Positions 55,660 through 64,000 of a stretch of DNA of 64,000 bases are shown here, one piece after another. Both the position numbers and the translations under genes were made by a program. The DNA is from Flaccisagitta enflata (lineage: Eukaryota): contig OZ231126.1 in NCBI GenBank assembly GCA_965153355.1, forward strand, positions 20,646,001 to 20,710,000, given 5' to 3'. The stretch's first letter is position 1. Each line of letters starts with the position of its first letter. The notes under the pieces were generated by a model that ran no database searches, was not told where the DNA came from, and was given only the letters and a program-made list of their open reading frames with translations.

Positions 55660-57597
55660 GGAGTCTGTCATTTTCCCCACGTCCTCACCACGCACGAAAA
55701 ACGATAGACAAGGAAAAAGTCAAGGAAAAGCGGGGCTGACGACGCATTGCCCGGAAGTCTCGTGACTGAGCTCATCGAAGCCTCGAGTGGGCACATCGAC
55801 AAGATCTTGAAGGAGGTCAACGCTTTGATCGCTGTCGAGACCAACGCTAAGCGCAAAGAGCAACTGAACCATATCTGATTCACCGCCCTCAAGGAACAAG
55901 CCAACTTTCGCTTACTTGCGCGTCACGTACGAGTGGCCACGCCAAAAAACATTCTCAACGTCTCCGAAGTGGACGACACCTTTGACAATTGGGATGGATC
56001 TCATTGAAGGAAAGAATTTTGGGGGCTGCCGGAACAATTAGGGGCCAAGTTGGCAAGAGAATTGCCAGTGCGGGCCAGCGTATGTTTGAGGGCTACAAAT
56101 TTTCGGGGATGATGCATATACATGGAGCGACCGGAAATCGTGCATCTCGGTCACTGTCGTTACAACGCTGGCGACCAGCAGTTCTTCTGCAACATGGTGA
56201 TCAGTCTTCTTCAGCTTCCCGACACTCCCGACTGCGTGTTCGTCAATATGCTGTCCCTTGACCCGGACACCAACAACGTCGCTGAGCGCAATCAAAGATT
56301 TTCATTTCCCACGGAAGGCATCATTGACACATTGATTCCGCTACTCAAGAGCGCCGAATGTAAATGGACTCTGACGGAATGGCGTTGTCTGGCCGAGGCT
56401 GCCGCTGAGGAAGCAGGTGCGAGAAAGGTCCTGCGTGTGAAAGGAGTGCCCACGGATGATGTCGAAACTGGGAGCTTCGACGGCGATTCCCTTTCTCTGT
56501 CAGTATCTAATCCTCCGACGGCTCTTCAACCGCCTATGGCTTCCACTACCTCTCAACAAGAAACTCCAGTCATTCTTGAAGGAAAGCGACGTCGAAAATC
56601 TTGAATGCCTCGAGTTTATTTGCGGGAAGTGATGGATGACGACGATGATAACGACTTATTGGCAGGTGACAATGCCGAAGGCGACGCAAACAAATTCATC
56701 TTTGAAAAGAAGCAAAAAGAGCGGGAAGAGGATGCGGATTTCCGTCCTGGCGACACTCATGGGAAACGCAGCGAGATGCCACTGCCGACTATCAATCCTG
56801 AGGACATTTTGGGCAAATGCTGTTTTTGCGCCGAATGTCTTCATTACGAGCAAATTTTCTCACACATGGCGAAAAACACCCCGACGATGTAGTTTGAAGA
56901 CTCGTCTGTCCTTTGTGCGGTGTCATGCCCAATACATTGTCTTTAGAGAGACATGTTCAGTTGCGACATTTGGAGTTCTCTGAGCGTTCTATTTTTGGCG
57001 GTTGTATGCTCCTTGTGTCCACATGTTTTCTCTCGGCAAGAGTTTCTCGATGAGCACATTGTTGAAAAACACAAACCGGAGCAGAAAAACGTCGCCTGCG
57101 ACAAGTGTGACCTCAAATTTGCTTCGGAACGACTTCGCAATAAACACAAAGAAAAACAACACTTGATGCAAAATGGGGACGGGTCAACAACGCCAAAGAC
57201 TGCGAAAAAGGATCACGTTTGCCATATTTGCGCCGTGGGTTACCGAAACAAGACTATGCTTGAAAATCATTTAATCATGATTCATGAGACTCAACCAAAG
57301 AATGTCAAGTACCCTGGATGCCCAAAAGTTTTTTCATTGAAGAAAAATTTGAAGAACCACATGACAACGCACACTGAAGTTTTTTTGGGAATGTGAAGTT
57401 TGTAAGAAGTGTTTTAAAACGACAAGAAACTTGGAGCAACAATGTCACAACCCTCCTGCAAATTCTGTGACAAAAAGTTCCCCTTCACTTCCTCTCGGAA
57501 TAACCACATGAAAACTGTACATAGGGACCAAGTGGCATCTGTTGCCCATACCGATTATGACGGCGGCAATGATGATGAGGATGAAGAAGAATTCTAG
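55660..57597 (+). pseudogene. Multi-C2H2 zinc-finger protein pseudogene (intronless; stops and frameshifts)
   Basis: Fingers CSLCPHVF..LDEHIVEKH, CDKCDLKF..RNKHKEKQH, CHICAVGY..LENHLIMIH, (Y)PGCPKVF..LKNHMTTH, CEVCKKCF, CKFCDKKF..RNNHMKTVH. Upstream coding-like frames are broken by stops (e.g. 55877, 56602) and frameshifts. Confidence 0.85.
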
Positions 57598-57990
57598 CTA
57601 GTCTAGCTATACGACCCAAAACATGCCATTATTAGTAGTATTTGAATCCGTCTCTTTCAAGAATTCCATCTGCAAACAATATTATTGCTTTGTCAGGTCC
57701 CATTTTACCACAAGATTGAGATTTAACGCCTCATAAATCGATATGTTGATTTATGTTGGATCTTTTCATTTTATCTGAATTGTCGAAAATGACCAGTATA
57801 TCACTCATTTTTCTTTTGTTTTTTGCTCTTTAGAAAAAAAAAAAGATCTTGTGGTCATAGCGATCTTGTGGTCATAGCGATTTTATGGAATTGCTGATCT
57901 TTCACCCCCCCCTCCGTCACGGACCCAGATACTGTTCAGATTTTTCAAAGTGTGTTTAAGCGTTAACTTTGAATAATTTTGCAACACATA

Positions 57991-59699
57991 TCAGTTTTCA
58001 TCAATGATTCCAAGGTTTCCTTTTTTAATTTCACTCAGGACAGGTAGGTTCTTTGGTTCATCTTCTCCTTCTAGCCGGACAGTGAACATAAGAGATTTTC
58101 TTTGGGAATCAGCAATGTTTAGGATTCTTCCATACACCCATGTTGGTTCATTCTCAATTATTTGCTTGAAACAAATCTTTTGGCAAATGAGCTGTGAGGG
58201 ATCTGCTTGATATGATGGGAGCTTGTCACGGGTATCTTTAACCATCTTTTTCTTGTCATTTTCTGCGCATTTCCTTTGGATTTGTCGGACAACACTGTCA
58301 GCCTCAGATGTAACATCAAGTGGTAATTCGTTACTACTGTCTTTTGGTGCTGTGAATAAATATGGATTTTGTTCAAAGAGAGAGTGAAGATGCTGCTTTT
58401 TCTGCTGTAAGTTGAATGGTTTTTTGTTTTTGGTTTTCAAGAAGATGTCTTTATCGGATGATTCTGCCTTGCAAACATTGTGGTAGTAATCAATGAGTAG
58501 GTTGATTGCTGATAACCTTTTGTTGTCGGAGTCCAAACTTTCAAGCTTATCATCTACTTCCTCAGGTAACCAAATGTTACCAAATTCTGAGCACCAATGT
58601 TTGGTTATTTCCAGATTACGGCGACCCTGATTCTCTTCCTTTTCTCTTTTTGATGCTAATTGTTTTTCTTTTTTTTCTTTCAAACCTTCCCTGTAAATCT
58701 TTTCCATTTCTTTTACTTGATCACCTCGTTTCTTAACTGATTGCCGAGCATCCTGCATGATTTTTGACTTTTTTTCAGAATCCATTTTATTCAAAAAGTT
58801 TGAAACAGGTTTATTTCGCATCATTTTAACCTTAGTTTCAAGATTTGCTGATGACAAACGAGGAGCAACTTCTTTTATGAGTCTCATCAATGCAAAATCT
58901 GACTCACCCCCTTGGTTTGTGGTTGGCACACTCAAAGTAGCCTCTCTGAAATCTGGATCCGAAGCTAAATCTTTGTATTCGAGAAGATATTCAACTTGAT
59001 TCTTCATGGTATAAAGAGCAGCTTGAGCAAGAACTTGGACAACTGACCCAACTTGTACCTTGAAGATATCATCTTGAGGAATAAGGTCCATGATTTGCTT
59101 GCAAGTCTTTTCGTCGATAAAACCCTTGTCAAAACAGGTTTTTCCTTGAACCAGAGGTAATCCATCAAAGGACAGTTGACTGAGAAATTCCTTCAATTTA
59201 GATAGGATGGGTATCATATCCAATATGTGAACTTTTTTCTTGACATAAGAGCCATCTTGTACACAACCATGTAGTGATTTCCACAGCGGGTTTGTAATCT
59301 TAAGAAAATAAAGCGCAACTGCAGCTAGCTGGTATAGGCACATTAGGGAGCGTAAATCAAAGTTGATGGACTTGTAAATCAAAGAGGAATCCTCATTGTC
59401 AAAGAACTCAAGCAAAGGCTCTTTTAGTTTGAACACTTGCTCCCCTGCTTTGAGTACTACTCCAGCCCTTGCATGTTCGACAGTGGTCACATTGCCTGAT
59501 ATCTTCCTATCAACTCGAAAAGCATTCCACATCTCCACAAACTTCCACCCTTGCTCAGAGTGATGTGAATGAAGGGTCTTAGACAAATTTGTCACAAGTC
59601 TTTTGATTGCTGGCACCTCCCCGGGGAAGGCAAAAGGGTTCTTTTCAGCAGACTGATTCTCTTCCTCAAGTGCAGTCAGGAACTTCATTTGCGAGTCAG
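57991..59699 (-). CDS. DDE transposase-like protein, last exon (helical insertion domain, putative catalytic Glu, coiled coil, C-terminal Spin/Ssty-Tudor-like domain)
   Basis: 1.7-kb stop-free frame; acceptor TATTCTAG|CT at 59700 (phase 1); VPTTNQGGESDFALM motif; C-terminus LICQKICFKQ..TWVYGRIL..FTVRLEGED..VLSEIKKGNLGII. Confidence 0.75.
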
Positions 59700-59739
59700 C
59701 TAGAATAGTTTGTAGTGAATAGATGAAATAAAGTGAAAG

Positions 59740-61048
59740 ATTTTTGTCACATGCTCACAACTGTGACCCGCTCTGTCAGTCAGTCAGTCTCTTTGTCCAT
59801 CCCAAACACTATTCTTTTTTGTGGGTCATTTTTAAGTCATTTTAAGTTATTTTAAGTCATTTAAGTCATCCTTTGTCATTTTTGTCACTTAAGTCAATTT
59901 TGATCATCTTTTGTCATAAGTCATCTTATGTCAGTTTAAGTCATTTTGAGTCATTCTAAGTCATCATAAGTCAATTTTAGTCGCATGTACATGACTCTAC
60001 AACCTACTTTGTTGGTCGGTTTGTCAGAGTCCATCGGTCGGTCATTAACGCTTAACTTTTTTTTGTCGTTTTACGTTATTTCAAGCCATTCTAAATTATT
60101 TGAAGTCATCTTAAGTCATTTTAGGTCATTTTCAGTCATCTTATGTCATTATAAGTTGTTTTAAGTCATTCAAAGTCTTTCTAAGTCATTCTAAGTTATT
60201 TTTTGGCTTTTATATATTTGGTATATTTATATCATTTTAAGTCATTTTAAGTTATTTCAAGTCATCTCAAGTCATTTAAAGTCATTATTAATCATTCTAA
60301 GCCACTTTTAATCATTTTTTTTCTCTGCAAGGTCTGGTTTAAGTCTGGTTGAGGTCTGGCTTATGTTTGGTTTAAGTATGGTTTGAGTTTAGTTTAGGTC
60401 TGGTTTCAGTCTGTTTCTGGTCTGATTTACTTCTGGTTTAAGTCAGATTTAAGTCTGGTTTAACTCTGGTTTCAGTCCGGTTTATGTCTGGTTTAAGTCT
60501 GGTTTAAGTTTGGTTTAGGTTAAGTTTAGGTCTGTTTTAGGTCTGGTTTAAGTCTGGTTTAAGTCTGGTTTAAGTCTGGTTTAAGTTGGGTTAAAGTGTA
60601 GTCTAAGTCTGGTTAAGGTCTAGTTTAAGTTTGGTTTAAGTTCAACCTGGTTTAGGCCTCTTGGGTCTGGTTTAAGTCTGGTTTAAGTTTGGTTAAAGTA
60701 TGGTTTAAGCTTGGTTTAGGTCTGGTTTAAGTCTGGTTTAGTAATTTTTGAAATGATTTAGTTGATGGAGTTGATCAAGCTGACCAAATCACATGAGTCA
60801 CAAAATTTTTCAAGTGATCCATGCCGCCTGTACTGCCACAAGTTAAGTTGTTTAATTTGATTTTATTGATTAAATTGATTTTATTGATCATGCTGATTAA
60901 TTCATTGACAAATTGAAGTCAATCAAGTCAACTAAGTTATTTTAGGTCAATACTGATATTTCTTCTTATTCAGTCATGTTGATTAAGTTGATAAAAAGAC
61001 ACAATAATGAGTCAGGTCAATTCAGTTATTCATGTCTTACACACAACC
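59740..61048 (+). mobile_element. Degenerate nested HINE-like elements with internal AAGTCATT repeats and a 10-bp (GTCTGGTTTA) array (60330-60740)
   Basis: HINE-like starts at ~59742 and ~59975; end ATAGGTGTTGGCCTTGTT at ~61047; lies within the transposase intron. Confidence 0.65.
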
Positions 61049-61446
61049 TATAGGTGTTGGCCTTGTTTTTTGAAAGAGTAAGAAGGTGGTAGGAGTGATG
61101 AAATAAGCTAATCAAGTATTTGGGCAAAAAGTGTTACAGATGAAAATCATTCTAACGAACACGCTTCTTGCGAAATTCTGCCTCTGACGAAAATCTTTGA
61201 AAGTCCCATCATTCTTTCTTTAGATTCTTTGTCAAAAAAATTGCCTATAACGTGCTGTGACTAACAAAAAAACGCCTGTAACAAAGTATTCACCAGTGAA
61301 AATGGTATTTATGAGTGACGTGTAACGAAAGTTTTCATGGGGAAAAAGAAAGGGAGGATCAGGAAGGATCAGGAAGGAAGGAAGGAAGGAAGGAAGAAAG
61401 AAAGAAACAGAGAAAGAAAGGAGGTAAGGAAGAAAGAAAGGAGGGA

Positions 61447-61494
<48 letters not shown>

Positions 61495-61544
61495 AAAACA
61501 GAAAAAGAAAGAAAGAGAGAAAGAAAGAAAGAAAGAGGGAAGAA

Positions 61545-61622
<78 letters not shown>

Positions 61623-62035
61623 TGATATGCTGTTTTGTACCGCGTAACTTTCAAAATGAATGAAACCATTCTGATGGTTGTTTATGCTACTATGTTACTA
61701 GCAATTGTTCCTCTATGGCTACAGCGAAATTCGCCTGTAATGAAAAAATATCAGGTTCCCTTGGGCTTCGTTAGAAAGATTTTTAACTGTACAAACCAAC
61801 AAAACAGCCAACATACAGACTGAACAGCCAACCAAGTAAGTCATAATACAAGTAAACTAGTGGGTCAGGAATCACAAAGCCTCATTTGTAAAATTCAGGT
61901 TGCTCTATCCAGGTCATATGTATATCTGCAAGTGTTTGCAGCAAAGATGAATTCATATCACCTTTTAAAACAACCAACTACAATCTTGCAGATGTGCTTT
62001 TGATCTAGATAATAAATGGTCATAGATATATTCAT

Positions 62036-62180
62036 AACTATTACTGATATACTACTGATAACTATTACTGATAACTATTACTGATAACTATTATTGATAA
62101 CTATTACTGATAACTATTACTGATAACTATTGCTGATAACTATTACTGGTCATAGATATATTCATAACTATTACTGATAA
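62036..62180. repeat. 13-bp tandem repeat (TAACTATTACTGA)
   Basis: Directly visible. Confidence 0.9.
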
Positions 62181-62256
62181 AGAAAGAGACAACAGTAAAT
62201 GGGCCAAAAAGAAAATATGATGCAAGACTAATGAGGATGAATTAAATCATCATTAC

Positions 62257-62683
62257 CCATATTGCTCTGCAGGTGCATTAGGCAATAGAACGGGAAAATC
62301 TGGGTCTGGTACTTTTGCTCAGATGCAGTTAAATCTGTTCTGGAAAAGTGTGGCTGCAATTCTTCTTTGTACTCCTCAAAAATTCTGTGTAGAGCTGCAT
62401 TGACAATAGCCTGGTCTGTATTCATACTTTGCAAGCGACTAATGATATCTGCTATTACTTCAAGAATGCTTCTGCCACTAGCTAAACCACTGATGACAAT
62501 TTGTTGAAGGGTTTCAATCAAAGTCTCTAGCTGAGAAGGAGCATCTTCTGCCGTTATTGCACGCATTCCTGGGGAGGAAAAGTTGAAAGATATTTTTGAG
62601 TGGCGGGCCTTGAGGGACCAATGACCTATGGTTCCATCTATGGAAATTTCTGTCTCTCTATTTTCCAATTTAACTTCCCTTTG
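62257..62683 (-). CDS. DDE transposase-like protein, RNase H-fold exon (first two Asp and CxxH)
   Basis: QREVKLENRETEISIDGT..GMRAITAEDA..SMNTDQAIVN..FYCLMHLQSNM; donor ATG G|GTAATG at 62256 is phase 1, matching the acceptor at 59700. The 5' acceptor CTTTAG|62683 is tentative. Confidence 0.7.
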
Positions 62684-62691
62684 CTAAAGCT

Positions 62692-63190
62692 ATTTGAGGC
62701 CTCAAATCAGCCTTTGCAGGCCACAAATCAACCCTCTCAGGCCTCAAATAAATCCTCCTAGGCCTAAAATCACCATACGTAAGCCTATATCAATCATTTC
62801 AGACCTCAAATCAGCTATAAGGCCCTCAGCCCCAAATTGGCTCTCTCAGACCTTATAACAGCCCTCTTGTTGAGAAAAAAGTTTAAGTCAGTCTTTGACT
62901 TTTTCACAAAGGGCCCCAAAGGGCTTTCACACATATGGGGAATTTTCTCCTCCTTCTCCTCCTCCTTCTTCTCATTCGCACCCCCCCCTCTAATCCCTGT
63001 CTTGAGGCCCAAATTCCTGTCTTGAAGCCCAAATCCTAGTCTTGAGACCCTAATCCCAGTCTTGAGGCTCAAGTTCTAGCCTCAAGGCCCAAAACTTATC
63101 CTGTAGGCCCAGATCCCTGCCTTGAGGCCCAAATCTCAGCCTCAAGGTCCAAATCCCAGCCAAGAGGCCCAGATCCAAACCTCAAAGCTA
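62692..63190. repeat. Dispersed element with ~21-bp AGGCCCAAAT-type tandem repeats (also 63826-64000)
   Basis: Shares repeat units and a GGAGAAAATT..TGTGAAAGC motif with 5985-6050 and 63950-64000. Confidence 0.7.
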
Positions 63191-64000
63191 AGGTATAGAC
63201 ACATTTGTTTTTGAATGTGAGATTTTCACTGCCACCACCATTTTTTCACAGTGTAGATAAATCAATTGGACGCCTTCATTGAGCTACCCAGAACTTGTGG
63301 ATGGCTAGTCTGGTTGAAAATTTGCATGGAAATATCATAGGTTTGATGTTTTTAGTGTAAACAGTATCAATAATATAAATGGTCCAATATCAATATGTGG
63401 GTAAAAATACCTCTTTTTCTGGATATATTTCTCTTTTATCTCTAGATAAGCCTCACGAAAAATTCTTAATTTGCATGGAAAATGACTAATTCAAAAAACT
63501 AAAAACATGGCTTTGTCCAAAGACACATAAGAAGAGAGCCATGTTCTTGGAAATGCAAAAAGTTCAATTTGGAAGCAGATTAAGGATTTTTCTCTTAACA
63601 ATTTTTATCACTCATTTTTCAATAAATCAATTTCCTATTCCCTTTCTTTTTCCCAGTATGTTGTTCATAAAACGTATCCCTGCCTAAAATCTGGACTTTA
63701 AGAGTGCATTGATGTGATTGCTGCACATAATCAGCAGAGCAAGGCAATACTGTGAAGGAATATCCCTTCAGTAGTGCTAAAATATAACCGGTAAAAATAT
63801 CCCACAATTACGCCGAGCGTGTCGTATGGCCTCAAGGCACCTGGGCCTCCAGGCTAGGATTTAGGCCATGAGGCTAGAATTTGGGCCTCAAGACTGGGAT
63901 TGGGGTCTCGAGACTGGGATTAGAGAGGAAGGGACGGAGGAGAAGAAGGAGGAGAAAATTCACCATTTATGTGAAAGCATAGGTCATCGACGCTGCCCTG

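Noticed and set aside
63195-63810. Further 5' exons of the transposase-like gene
   Set aside because: Only short stop-interrupted frames; no supportable exon model.

Overview
Repeat-rich, gene-poor animal (invertebrate-like) genomic DNA; no prokaryotic features, CRISPR arrays, rRNA or tRNA genes were recognised. Coding content I can support: (1) a posterior (Abd-B/Post-class) Hox gene on +, whose homeobox is split by a 633-bp GT-AG intron between codons 44 and 45 (exons ~20265/20305-20561 and 21195-21275). (2) A spliced, stop-free DDE-type transposase-like gene on - (exons 62683-62257 and 59699-57991) with D-D-CxxH-E motifs and a C-terminal Spindlin/Tudor-like domain. (3) A convergent, intronless, multiply disabled C2H2 zinc-finger pseudogene (~55660-57597) that looks like a retrocopy. 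(4) A frameshifted, internally deleted calpain protease-core pseudogene (1192-1667). The rest is dominated by many DINE-1/Helentron-like (HINE) short elements, nested palindromic MITEs (8-bp, TA and TTAA target duplications), a 71-bp satellite, a 66-bp minisatellite and long microsatellites. Most ORFs in the supplied track are microsatellite artefacts. All family assignments are by eye from motifs, not from database searches.
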